64,000 nt of DNA from a bacterium (GTDB taxonomy: Bacteria; RBG-13-61-14; DATKZS01). The first letter of the stretch is position 1. The number at the start of each line of letters is the position of its first letter. Below, in pieces: positions 37,573 through 46,964 of this stretch. The stretch is taken from NCBI GenBank assembly GCA_963674965.2, contig CAXXFL010000006.1, positions 1,185,511 to 1,249,510 of the forward strand, given 5' to 3'. Below the pieces are notes generated by a model. It saw only the letters and a program-made list of their open reading frames with translations, searched no databases and was not told the DNA's origin. The position numbers were made by a program, and so were the translations under genes.

Positions 37573-39990
37573 ATGAAAGAACGAGACGCGAACGGTGCTA
37601 GGTACTTATGGGCAGGACTGACCGTTTTGCTGGCGCTGGTTTTCTTCTCTCCCGCCCTGGAGAAGACCTATATTTTCCGCGACGCCTTCAACCTTTTTTA
37701 TCCGTACAAGGTTATGGAGGCCCCTTATCTCAAAGATTTTTCCGTCAGCGCCTGGAACCCCTGGGAGACGCTGGGTTCCTCGTCCATCGGCGAGCTGGCC
37801 ACCTGCTGGTTTTATCCGGGCAACGTCCTTTTCATGGTCATGGGTCCCGAGGCCGCCTTCCGGCTTTTCATCACCCTCCATTTCATCCTGGCGGCCGCCG
37901 CGTCCTGGCTGTGGCTGCGTGAGGCGGGGGCCTCGCCTCCGGCCTCCGCCTGCGGGTCCCTCAGCTATACCCTCTCGGGCTACATGCTCAGCCAAAACGG
38001 CATACCGGACATGCTGGTCACGTCCGCCTTTCTTCCCTTTTCGCTTTTCGCGCTTTCGCGCTTTCTGAGGACCGGGCGGCGCCATTGGTTCGTTTTTTTG
38101 GGGGCCTCCCTGGCCATGCCCTTTTTGGCGGGCAGGGCGGAGGGAGTCATTATGCACGCGGCCCTGGCGGCGGGCTGGATCGTTTACTCGGGAGACGGCG
38201 GGGACACGGCCAAGGCCAAGGCCTGGACGATCATGAAGGTCCTGCCCGCGGCGGGGCTCTTGGCGTTGGCCCTTTCCATGGTTCAGTTCCTGCCCAGCGC
38301 CGAGCTCGGGGCCCTGAGCGGGAAAGGAGGCGGCTACGACCTGGCCGTCTCCACGCGGTGGTCGTTCCACCCCAAAAGGACCCTCGAATTTTTCGTGCCC
38401 TCGCCATGGGGAAGGTTCTGGCCCATACACGACTACGAGGCGCGGGACCTGTCCGGCCTCGAGGGCTTCTATCCCTGGGTCATTTCCCACTACATGGGAA
38501 TACCCATCCTGATCGGATGCGTGGCGTCCTTTTTCAAGGCCTCATGGCGAAAGAGGGCGCTGGTGGGGGGGGCGGCGCTGGCGGCCGTATTGTACTCGAT
38601 GGGAGAACACGGCTTTATTTACGCCCTGGCCTTTAAGCTGGCCCCCGTGCTCCGGATGTTCAGGTACCCGGAGAAATACCTCCTCCTTTTCAACTTCATC
38701 GTAGTAACCGCCGGGGCAATTGGCCTGGACCATCTTGCCCGAGGCGCTCGCTCGGCGAAATCGAAAAAACTCTTCGCCGCCCTGGCGGCCACGTCCCTGG
38801 CGGCCGCCGTTTTCGCGCTCGTCGTTCAGGGGGGGGCCACGAGTTGGGCGACCCGGGCCGTTCCTCTCTCCCATGGCCTCAACCCGGGGGCCTTGCCCCA
38901 TAATTACTTTTCCCTCCAGGTCCTGCACTCGGTCGCGGCGCTGGTATCCTTCCTGGCGGCCATGGCGCTCTACTCGACGCGGAGGCTGAACAAGGCCGCG
39001 CCGATTATGATGGTCCTCGTCGCGTTTCTCGATCTCGGCCTCGCCAACCACTGGGTCATTCCATTCGCCGACCCCGAGATTTACTCCTTCGAGCCGTCCG
39101 CGCTCCGGGCGCTGAGAGATTATGGCCTGACCACGTCCCCTCCCCTCTTCAACGAGAAGGGGAACTCCATTCCCGGCCGATATCGGATCATGCGGGACCT
39201 TACCATGCCCTCCACCGAGACCCTGGCCATGATCGAGGCCCCGAGCAGGTTCGAGCGACATCGCCGCTGGGAGAGGCACACGCTCAAGTCGAACTTCAAC
39301 TTCATCGAGGGCATCGAGAGCCTTATCGGCTACACGGCCGCCTTTACCTCCGACTACGACCGGACGATGACGACCAGCTTGAGCCTTAAAACCATGGAGC
39401 TTTTCAACGTCCGCTTCGTCATATGTCCCCTCCACGGCTCCCCCCTCGAGGGCCAGGGGCTTCCGGTTATAGCGACCAGGAACGACCAGGGCTATAAAAT
39501 CTTCGAGCTTCCCGGCCGCCTTCCCCGGGCCTACCTGGTCGGCCGCTCGGTCAGGGTCGCCGCGTTCATGGACAACCTGGGCCTTGTAAAGGACCACGAC
39601 TTCACCCGGGCGGTGCTTATCGAGAACGGTCCCGCCCCGCCCTCCGCCGAGGAGGAAACGGATTTCGACATGATCCCGGCCGAGGTCAAGTCTTACGCGC
39701 CGGGCGAGGTCCGCCTCGAGGCCGAATCCAAGGCGGCCGGCTACCTCGTGCTCAGCGACTCCTTCTTTCCCGGCTGGAGGGCTTTTATCGACGGGACGGA
39801 GACCCCCATATTCAAGGCCAACTACCTGGTACGGGCGGTCAGGTTTCCCGCCGGAAGACACGAGGTGGTTTTCAAATACAAGCCTCTGCCCTACGCGGTG
39901 GGCAAGGTGGTGTCCGTTATTACCCTTTTGGCCGGGCTTGTATACCTTGCCATCTCTTTGTTCTATAAAGGACCGAGGAACTCGCTTTGA
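37573..39990 (+). CDS. YfhO-family membrane protein (GT-C fold)
   Basis: RD....FYP, WNP...LG, FYP, QFLP..E, FRYPEK, and C-terminal LSDSFFPGW.A.IDG...ANY..RAV..PAG.H.V.F.Y.P. Confidence 0.85.
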   Translation: MKERDANGARYLWAGLTVLLALVFFSPALEKTYIFRDAFNLFYPYKVMEAPYLKDFSVSAWNPWETLGSSSIGELATCWFYPGNVLFMVMGPEAAFRLFITLHFILAAAASWLWLREAGASPPASACGSLSYTLSGYMLSQNGIPDMLVTSAFLPFSLFALSRFLRTGRRHWFVFLGASLAMPFLAGRAEGVIMHAALAAGWIVYSGDGGDTAKAKAWTIMKVLPAAGLLALALSMVQFLPSAELGALSGKGGGYDLAVSTRWSFHPKRTLEFFVPSPWGRFWPIHDYEARDLSGLEGFYPWVISHYMGIPILIGCVASFFKASWRKRALVGGAALAAVLYSMGEHGFIYALAFKLAPVLRMFRYPEKYLLLFNFIVVTAGAIGLDHLARGARSAKSKKLFAALAATSLAAAVFALVVQGGATSWATRAVPLSHGLNPGALPHNYFSLQVLHSVAALVSFLAAMALYSTRRLNKAAPIMMVLVAFLDLGLANHWVIPFADPEIYSFEPSALRALRDYGLTTSPPLFNEKGNSIPGRYRIMRDLTMPSTETLAMIEAPSRFERHRRWERHTLKSNFNFIEGIESLIGYTAAFTSDYDRTMTTSLSLKTMELFNVRFVICPLHGSPLEGQGLPVIATRNDQGYKIFELPGRLPRAYLVGRSVRVAAFMDNLGLVKDHDFTRAVLIENGPAPPSAEEETDFDMIPAEVKSYAPGEVRLEAESKAAGYLVLSDSFFPGWRAFIDGTETPIFKANYLVRAVRFPAGRHEVVFKYKPLPYAVGKVVSVITLLAGLVYLAISLFYKGPRNSL

Positions 39991-40072
39991 GATGGAGGCG
40001 CGTCTCGCGCTATAGTACGTTATCGAATATGCTTATATCGTCATCACTTCATCTTCATAATGGAGGTCTATC

Positions 40073-40738
40073 ATGAAGCCGCGCGTTATTTTAGCTTTCG
40101 TCACCCTGGTCCTTTTGTCGCTGCCCGCTCTGGCGGAAACGCCCTGGGAGCCGCCGGAGGGCGCGAAGTCCGATTTTGGTTTCGACCGACTGGACAAGTC
40201 CACCATGAACGCGCTCCTGGACCAGGGCAGCCTTATCATCGTTAGGCATAAGCCCGACATGACCCTGATCAACGTCTCGGGCGGCCAGGTCATCCACGCT
40301 CCCGCTTCCAAGGTCTGGGAGGTCATCACCGATTTCGAGCATTACCCGGACTTCATGCCCCAGACCTCGGCTGAAAAGGTACTCGAAAAGGAAGACAATC
40401 ACGTGCTGGTGGAGCAGTCCATCGAGGTCAAGATATGGCGACTGCCCGCGGTGAGCATCACCTACAACCTGGCCCAGGAACTCGACCCTCCCCATAAGGT
40501 CAGGTTCTGGCACGTGGGAGGACAGCTCGAGGGGACATACGGGGGCTGGGACCTTATCGAGGCGGGGAACAAGACCCTGGCCTTCTACACGCTCTACAGC
40601 AACCTTAACGCCCTCGGCTGGGGACTGGGCGGCATCTTCAAAAGCCAGCCCGACTTCCTGACCGGCGTGAACATGACCACGGTCCTCATGGTATCCAAGG
40701 CCGTCAAGGAGGAAAGCGAGCGCCGAGCGAGCCAGTGA
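40073..40738 (+). CDS. SRPBCC/START (polyketide cyclase-like) domain protein with signal peptide
   Basis: IHAP..KVWEVITDFEHYPDFMP and G.W.L motifs; Sec signal (ALA-E); GGAGG RBS. Confidence 0.78.
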   Translation: MKPRVILAFVTLVLLSLPALAETPWEPPEGAKSDFGFDRLDKSTMNALLDQGSLIIVRHKPDMTLINVSGGQVIHAPASKVWEVITDFEHYPDFMPQTSAEKVLEKEDNHVLVEQSIEVKIWRLPAVSITYNLAQELDPPHKVRFWHVGGQLEGTYGGWDLIEAGNKTLAFYTLYSNLNALGWGLGGIFKSQPDFLTGVNMTTVLMVSKAVKEESERRASQ

Positions 40739-43296
40739 CGGAGTCCAGCGCGAACCTCGCCTCGCTTCTCAAAAGACGCGGCATATGGATATGGCTCGGA
40801 CTTTACGTCCTGGGGACCATTGTCGCCCGATCCATAAACGCTTATAGCGCGATCGGCGTAATCGTACCGGCCGTCCTGGCCGCGTGCCTCACGCTGGGCC
40901 TCGTCCTCAGGAACAGGTCCGTTACTCTCGCCATGGTGCTAATCTCCGCCCTGGCTCTTGGCGCCGCCAGACAGGCCAGGATGGAGGAATCCCACGCGAT
41001 GAGCGCCATGCTCCTCGAGCGCGTGGACAAAGAGCCGCGCCGCCTGATAATAAGGCTTTTGACCGATCCCGAGAAAAGACCGGCTTACGACCTGATCTGG
41101 GCCAGGGTCGAGTCGATATGGGTGGAGGGGAAATGGACGCCGGCCCGGGCCGGGATCAGGCTCTCGGTGGCGGGGGACGTGGAAGGACTCTACAAGGGGG
41201 ACATGGCGCTGGCGCTGGCCAAGCTGAGCGCCCCTTCCAATTTCAGGAACCCGGGCGCGTTCGATTACGTGGAATACCTTAGGCGCCGGGGCGTGGCGGT
41301 AACGGCCTGGGCCGAGGGCCCGGACCGTTTAGTCAAGATCGACTCGGGATGGTTTCCAAACCCCTGGGCGATGATCGGCCAAGTCAGGTCAAACTACGTA
41401 AGGCGTCTTCACCGGCTGGGCGGGCCCGGCGGGACCTTTCTGGCGGCCATCCTGGCGGGAGACAGGTCGGGACTCGACCCGGAAATCGAGAGCGTCTTCG
41501 AGCGGGCGGGGCTTTCCCACCTCCTGGCCATCTCCGGGCTGCACCTCGGCCTTGCCGCCGCTTTCTGCTTTTTCCTCTTCAGGCGACTGGCGCGCCTCTT
41601 TCCACGGCTTCTTCTTCGAATTCCCGACGTCAGGTTCGCCGCCATGGCCACGATCCCCCCCGTCGTCGTTTACGCGTTGTTGACGGGAATGAGACTGCCC
41701 ACCCAGCGGGCCCTGGTCATGGTCCTGGCTTACCTTTTCGCCATCGCCCTGGACAAGAGCCGCGAAGTCTGGAACACCCTGGCCCTGGCGGCGGCGGCGG
41801 TACTTTTCGCCTGGCCGGCGGCATATCTCGAGATATCCTTCCAGCTCAGCTTCGTCTGCGTGGCGGGAATAATCTACGCCGCTCCTCGGATCGACCTCCT
41901 TCTCAGTCGAGAGCGAAGCGAGGCCGCCATGGAGCTCGACCGGCTGGAGGCGGCCTTCGGAGTGGCCCAAGAAGGTCCCACCTCAAAAATCAGGGATTAC
42001 CTGCGCGGACTCTTAATCGTGACCCTTTCCGCGCAGGCCTTTATCTTTCCCCTGACGGCCAACAACTTCCATACCGTCAACTGGGCCTCTCCCCTTTACA
42101 ACCTGATCGCCGTCCCCTTTTGCGGCCTCGTGCTCATACCGGTCGGCCTCGTTTCGTCCCCCCCGATTCCTCTATATCAAGGGTTGGGCGAAACTTTCCT
42201 TCACGGGCTGGCCCTCTTCTCCGAGCTGTTCATCGAGATCACGCGAAAACTGGTGGATTCATTCGATCCCTCGATTTTAACCCCGCCTCTTCCAGGGTGG
42301 GCGGTAGTCGCGTGGTACGCCTCGGTTTTCGCCTTGCTGGAGGGGGGCCTCATCGCCAGAACGGGAAAAATACCCGCGGCCTCCTTTGGTTTTCGCCCGC
42401 GAGTAATGTCGGGCGCTCTCATAATCATGGGTGTCTTGTTATTCGCCGTCTCCTGCCTTGGATTCCGCTTTCCGCCATATCGCTTGCCGGAAGGAAAGCT
42501 TTGCGCCTGCGCCCTGGACGTCGGCCAGGGCCAATCCATATTGGTCAAGGGCCCGGGCGGCGCCCATATTCTGGTTGACGGCGGTGGTTTTTATCGCAGC
42601 GATTGGGACGTGGGCAAGGGCATCGTGGCCCCGTGCCTATTGAATCTTGGCGTTACCCGTCTGGACGCCGTGGCCCTGAGTCACCCGCATCCGGACCACG
42701 GCAAAGGCCTAGTTTACATCGTGTCCCGTTTTGACGTCGGGGAGTTGTGGCTCACTCGCGAGCACTCGGACCTCTCTGAGGCCATCCTGGAAAAGGCCCG
42801 GGCGCGAGGCATTCCGGTCAAGTTCCTCGACGCGGATAGCCAGGCTATACAACTGGGGAAAATGACCGCTCGCGTTTTTCACCCTCCCGCCGAACATAAC
42901 GGCGGATACAACCTGAACGACCGCAGCATGGTCCTTAAAATAACCGCGGGCGACTCGTCGGTACTGTTGACGGGGGACGTGGAGGAAAAAGCGGAGCGCG
43001 AGTTAACAAGGCTGTTTGGCCCGTCAGGCGCCATATCCCCCGGGGCGTTATCCTCCCAGGCCATGACCGTTCCCCATCATGGAAGCGGCACCAGCTCGAC
43101 GCCCGAGTTTATCGAGGCGGTGAGTCCCTCGTGGGGCCTGGTCTCGGCCGCGGGCGCCGACAGGACCGGCCTGCCGCTCGAGGCGATTATCAAGCGCTAC
43201 GAGAGCCGTTCCGTTTCCCTTTACAGGACCGACCTGGACGGCTTCGTGGGGATTTGCCTGGAGGGCGACGCGGCGCGTCCGATTACCTTCGAGTGA
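40735..43296 (+). CDS. comEC: DNA internalization competence protein ComEC/Rec2
   Basis: NPGAFDY, GLSHLLAISGLH and SFQLSF; C-terminal MBL domain (DVGQG, SHPHPDH, LLTGD, PHHGS). Confidence 0.93.
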   Translation: MTESSANLASLLKRRGIWIWLGLYVLGTIVARSINAYSAIGVIVPAVLAACLTLGLVLRNRSVTLAMVLISALALGAARQARMEESHAMSAMLLERVDKEPRRLIIRLLTDPEKRPAYDLIWARVESIWVEGKWTPARAGIRLSVAGDVEGLYKGDMALALAKLSAPSNFRNPGAFDYVEYLRRRGVAVTAWAEGPDRLVKIDSGWFPNPWAMIGQVRSNYVRRLHRLGGPGGTFLAAILAGDRSGLDPEIESVFERAGLSHLLAISGLHLGLAAAFCFFLFRRLARLFPRLLLRIPDVRFAAMATIPPVVVYALLTGMRLPTQRALVMVLAYLFAIALDKSREVWNTLALAAAAVLFAWPAAYLEISFQLSFVCVAGIIYAAPRIDLLLSRERSEAAMELDRLEAAFGVAQEGPTSKIRDYLRGLLIVTLSAQAFIFPLTANNFHTVNWASPLYNLIAVPFCGLVLIPVGLVSSPPIPLYQGLGETFLHGLALFSELFIEITRKLVDSFDPSILTPPLPGWAVVAWYASVFALLEGGLIARTGKIPAASFGFRPRVMSGALIIMGVLLFAVSCLGFRFPPYRLPEGKLCACALDVGQGQSILVKGPGGAHILVDGGGFYRSDWDVGKGIVAPCLLNLGVTRLDAVALSHPHPDHGKGLVYIVSRFDVGELWLTREHSDLSEAILEKARARGIPVKFLDADSQAIQLGKMTARVFHPPAEHNGGYNLNDRSMVLKITAGDSSVLLTGDVEEKAERELTRLFGPSGAISPGALSSQAMTVPHHGSGTSSTPEFIEAVSPSWGLVSAAGADRTGLPLEAIIKRYESRSVSLYRTDLDGFVGICLEGDAARPITFE

Positions 43297-43357
43297 AGCC
43301 CGATTGATCTCCACGCAATTCATGATCGTCAGTTCTCGGCAAAGACGGAATTAACGA

Positions 43358-43388
43358 AAAGGCGGGGGACGTGATATCCTCCGCCTTT
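43358..43388. terminator. Hairpin between convergent comEC and M48 genes (possibly bidirectional terminator)
   Basis: AAAGGCGGGGGA / TCCTCCGCCTTT stem with A/T-rich flanks. Confidence 0.5.
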
Positions 43389-43415
43389 GGCTTACCTGGA
43401 ATAATAACGATCGCT

Positions 43416-44486
43416 TCAATCCGGCATTGGTTGAGACCTTCTGATTTCCTTGGGCTCGTCTTCGTTACCAGGCTGTCCCGGTCCCCGCCAGTTAGGCTCG
43501 GGCGGTTTCCTGTTGGGCCCGGGACCCCGGTTTGGTGGAGGAGGCGGTGGCTGCCTCGGTCCTCCCCGGGGAGGCGGGGCCGTTGAGGGACCGGGCCGGT
43601 TTTCCGGCTGCCGTTGCGGCTTTTTATATTGCTGGTCGGTTCGGTTGGCGTTGGGGTGAAGGTTTTTACAAATTTTCTTTATTTTCTGGAACTCGGGCGT
43701 ATCTCTTATAAGCAGGTCTTCCCTGATGTTATGGCTATTAACGTACTCGGCAATGGCCCCTCTCCGGTCCAGCGAGTCGGGATGGGTGCTCATGAACTCC
43801 TCGAACCCGTTCATAGTCCCATGCTGCTCGACCAGGAACATGAAGAAGTTGGCCAATTCCTTCGGGTTGTAACCGGCCTCGTGCATCATGCGCACGCCAA
43901 GCTCGTCGGCCTCCCTTTCGGCGGAGCGGGTATAGGCCAGGTAGCCGGAGTTGAGGAGAAGGTCCATGGCCATCTTGCTCAATTCCGCCTCCGTTCCCGT
44001 CTGCGTCCCGATAAGGATGCTGCCGGCGTAGGACGCGATAATCATGGTCGACATCCTTTCCGTGGCGTGCCGGGCGACGCAATGGCCTATCTCGTGGCCG
44101 ATGATGCCCGCGAGCTGGGCCTCGTTCTGGAGTTGGGCGATAAGGCCGGTGTAAACGTAGACGTGCCCGCCGGGAATGGCGAAGGCGTTGGCCACGTCGC
44201 TTTTTATCACGGAGAAAGTATAGTTGAACTTTACCTCCGGGGCCCTGCTCAGCACGCGATGGCCAAGCCTGTTAACGTAATCGATCACCACGGGGTCGTG
44301 ATAATCCATGCCCTGCTGCCTTGCCTGGGCGTCTATCTCACGCTTGAGGTCCTCGCCCCACGCTCGTTCCTGGTCATAAGTCACCACGTTCAGGTCGCCC
44401 TGGTTGAATCCGGACGTGGCGCATCCTATGGCCATGGCGCAGACCAGAAACGAGTAAACGAAGAACCTTGGACTCAATTTTTTCAT
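43416..44486 (-). CDS. M48 family metalloprotease (BepA/YfgC-like) lipoprotein with Pro-rich tail
   Basis: NAFAIPGG, HEIGH (HExxH), EREAD and STHP; lipobox AIGC; GGAG RBS before ATG 44486. Confidence 0.9.
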   Translation of the reverse strand: MKKLSPRFFVYSFLVCAMAIGCATSGFNQGDLNVVTYDQERAWGEDLKREIDAQARQQGMDYHDPVVIDYVNRLGHRVLSRAPEVKFNYTFSVIKSDVANAFAIPGGHVYVYTGLIAQLQNEAQLAGIIGHEIGHCVARHATERMSTMIIASYAGSILIGTQTGTEAELSKMAMDLLLNSGYLAYTRSAEREADELGVRMMHEAGYNPKELANFFMFLVEQHGTMNGFEEFMSTHPDSLDRRGAIAEYVNSHNIREDLLIRDTPEFQKIKKICKNLHPNANRTDQQYKKPQRQPENRPGPSTAPPPRGGPRQPPPPPPNRGPGPNRKPPEPNWRGPGQPGNEDEPKEIRRSQPMPD

Positions 44487-44747
44487 GTCCGACTCTCCTT
44501 TCACGCTTTCCACTCTCATTCAAGAGATTAACCGGCCTTTGGGCAAAGGGCAACATTTTGCGCGGCGGCCCCGAGGCCGGTCTTTTCCTCATACAGTTAA
44601 AGCAACATCCAGGCCCGTTTGAAGAAAATATTTTTCCTTTATAAAATAGTCCTTTACATTTGCAATCATCGGGGCCGAAAGAAAAAGATGCGCAATAAGG
44701 CATAAGGCCCTTGCGGCGGACTTTGGGGGCCGACGACCTCATCCGGT

Positions 44748-44776
44748 TTGACTGGAGGGAAAAGCCCTTTTATTAT
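44748..44776 (+). promoter_or_regulatory. sigma70-type promoter, near-leaderless
   Basis: TTGACT-N17-TATTAT ending 10 nt before ATG 44787. Confidence 0.5.
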
Positions 44777-44786
44777 TAAGGTTTAT

Positions 44787-46964
44787 ATGACCCAGGCCGA
44801 TGACATCGAAAGGGAAGCCAAAAGCGGCGGCAAAAGTCCCATTTTATGGGCAATCTTAGCCGCGTCATTTTTAATATATTTTCCGAGCCTGTGGGTCCCT
44901 TTTCATTTCGACGATTTTCACCATATAGCCGAAAACCCTTCCATACAAAGTCTCGCGCTCATACCGTCTTTCTTTTACGATCCGGGCCACTTTTCCTCAC
45001 GGGCGGACGTGGGCATGTACCGGCCCCTGCTCATGACCTCGCACGCCCTGACCCACGCCATATTCGGCCTTAACCCGGTTGGATACCATTTATTCAACCT
45101 GACCCTCCATCTTCTTAACCTGGCCCTCGTTTTTTCCCTCCTGAAAAGATGGCTGAAAAGCGAGTGGGCGGCGGGCGCGGCGGCGCTTTTCTGGGCCACG
45201 GCGGCCATCCAGCTTGAGACTATAGCCTACGCCTCGGCCAGGTCCACGCTGCTGGCGTCTTTTTTCATGCTGGCCGTTATAAGGCTGACCGACGGAGACG
45301 GCAAAATCGGGATACGCTCGGTTTGCGCTTTCGCCTTTTTTATCCTGGCCCTCCTCAGCAAGGAGATCGCATTTGTACTGCCCATATTGATACTACTTCG
45401 CGACGTTTCCATGCGCGACGCCATGGGGATTCGGCTTCGCGAACGGTGGCCCCTTTACGTCTCGACCTTTTTATTCATGCCTGCCTACCTGGGTTTGCGG
45501 GTGCTTCTTTTCTCGAAGGTTTTGGGAGACACCTATACCTCGCGGTGGACTTTCCTCGTCACCCAGTCCAAGGTGATTTTCTGGTATATCCTGGAGACTT
45601 TAGTCCCCGTCAACCTGACCGTTTTTCCCAACGTCGAGCAGGCTGAGGGACTTTTTCAGTTTCCGTATTATTTCACCGCTGCCGCGGCGGCGCTCATTTT
45701 TATATTCGCCATATTGCTCGCCCTTAAGAAATCGCGGGCGGGTTTCGGAATTTCCTGGTTTTTTATCTGCCTTCTTCCCACTTCCACGGTGGTTACTCTC
45801 ATCCTGGTGGCCAGCGTGGAACGCGTCTATCTTCCTCTGTTTGGCCTTTCGCTGGCGGGGGCGGACGTTTTCCAGCGCCTTTTCCAAGGCGGCAAGGCCC
45901 GCGTTCCGGCCATATCCGTTCTGGCCGTCATAATTCTTCTGAACTCGGCCATGACGGTCAGCGGGCTTTTTAAATGGAGATCGAGAAAGGCGGTAATGAG
46001 GGAGATGGTCCTCCACAACCCGGAGAAGAGCCTGGCATGGAGTTGGCTCGGGATCGTCGATAGGGAAACCGGAGATTTCGAGGCGGCCAAGCGCCATACG
46101 CTTAAGGCCATCAGGATATCCCCCGAGGACTTCGTCGCTCGCGAGTCGCTGTGCAAGATTTACGTGGCCATGGAGGATTACGCCACCGCTTTCCGGGTCT
46201 GCGCCGAGGTCGCCAAGGACGCCGACGTTCCTCTTGATTCCCAGATATCGACCGCCCTCAAACTGGCGCAGGTGGAGATCAAGTCGGGAAGACCCGGCTC
46301 CGCCCTTAATCAAGCCATGAGGGTAATAGAACTGCAGCCTGACAATTATGAGGCCTACATGGTGGCGGGCATGGCCCACGAGTATCTCGGCGAGTTGGCA
46401 AAGGGCAAGGAGTTCTATCTGAAGGCCCTTTCCATTTTCCCGGATTTTCCGGAAGCCCAGACCCAGCTCGGTATCCTCGAGATGAAGCTTGGCAACGTGG
46501 CCGAGTCCAAGAAAATCCTCGAGAAGATCGCGGCGCAAAACAAGCCCTGGCCGGAGGTTTACAGCAATCTCGGCTCGATCGCCTTCCAGGAGGGCAGGAT
46601 GGACGACTCGAAGGCCTTGTTCGAGAAAAGCCTCGAGATCGACCCTGATTACGTTTACGGGCATTTCGGGCTGGGCGGATGCCTGGCCGGGAAGGGAGAC
46701 CTCGAGGGGGCGAGCGAGCACTTCCGGAAGGCGGTGGACAACTTATCCAGCGAGACCCTTTACGAACCGGAGTTCGAGGTACGGGCGCGGCTTCTTTACG
46801 CCAGGATACTTATCGACCTGGCCAATATGGGGACCTCGGACGCCGTAACAAGGCAAAAGCGACTTGCCAGGGCCAGGGAGCAGGTCGATTGGCTCAAGGC
46901 GCGGGGAGCGGGCCGGGAGATAGAGCTGGAATGGCAAAAATCGATGGGAAGCGCGGCGCCCTGA
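44787..46964 (+). CDS. TMTC-like GT-C membrane protein with TPR repeats (putative protein O-glycosyltransferase)
   Basis: F.FDD, YRPL, YH..NL.LH, E..AY.S.R, LLSKE and ER.Y motifs followed by multiple TPRs. Confidence 0.82.
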   Translation: MTQADDIEREAKSGGKSPILWAILAASFLIYFPSLWVPFHFDDFHHIAENPSIQSLALIPSFFYDPGHFSSRADVGMYRPLLMTSHALTHAIFGLNPVGYHLFNLTLHLLNLALVFSLLKRWLKSEWAAGAAALFWATAAIQLETIAYASARSTLLASFFMLAVIRLTDGDGKIGIRSVCAFAFFILALLSKEIAFVLPILILLRDVSMRDAMGIRLRERWPLYVSTFLFMPAYLGLRVLLFSKVLGDTYTSRWTFLVTQSKVIFWYILETLVPVNLTVFPNVEQAEGLFQFPYYFTAAAAALIFIFAILLALKKSRAGFGISWFFICLLPTSTVVTLILVASVERVYLPLFGLSLAGADVFQRLFQGGKARVPAISVLAVIILLNSAMTVSGLFKWRSRKAVMREMVLHNPEKSLAWSWLGIVDRETGDFEAAKRHTLKAIRISPEDFVARESLCKIYVAMEDYATAFRVCAEVAKDADVPLDSQISTALKLAQVEIKSGRPGSALNQAMRVIELQPDNYEAYMVAGMAHEYLGELAKGKEFYLKALSIFPDFPEAQTQLGILEMKLGNVAESKKILEKIAAQNKPWPEVYSNLGSIAFQEGRMDDSKALFEKSLEIDPDYVYGHFGLGGCLAGKGDLEGASEHFRKAVDNLSSETLYEPEFEVRARLLYARILIDLANMGTSDAVTRQKRLARAREQVDWLKARGAGREIELEWQKSMGSAAP

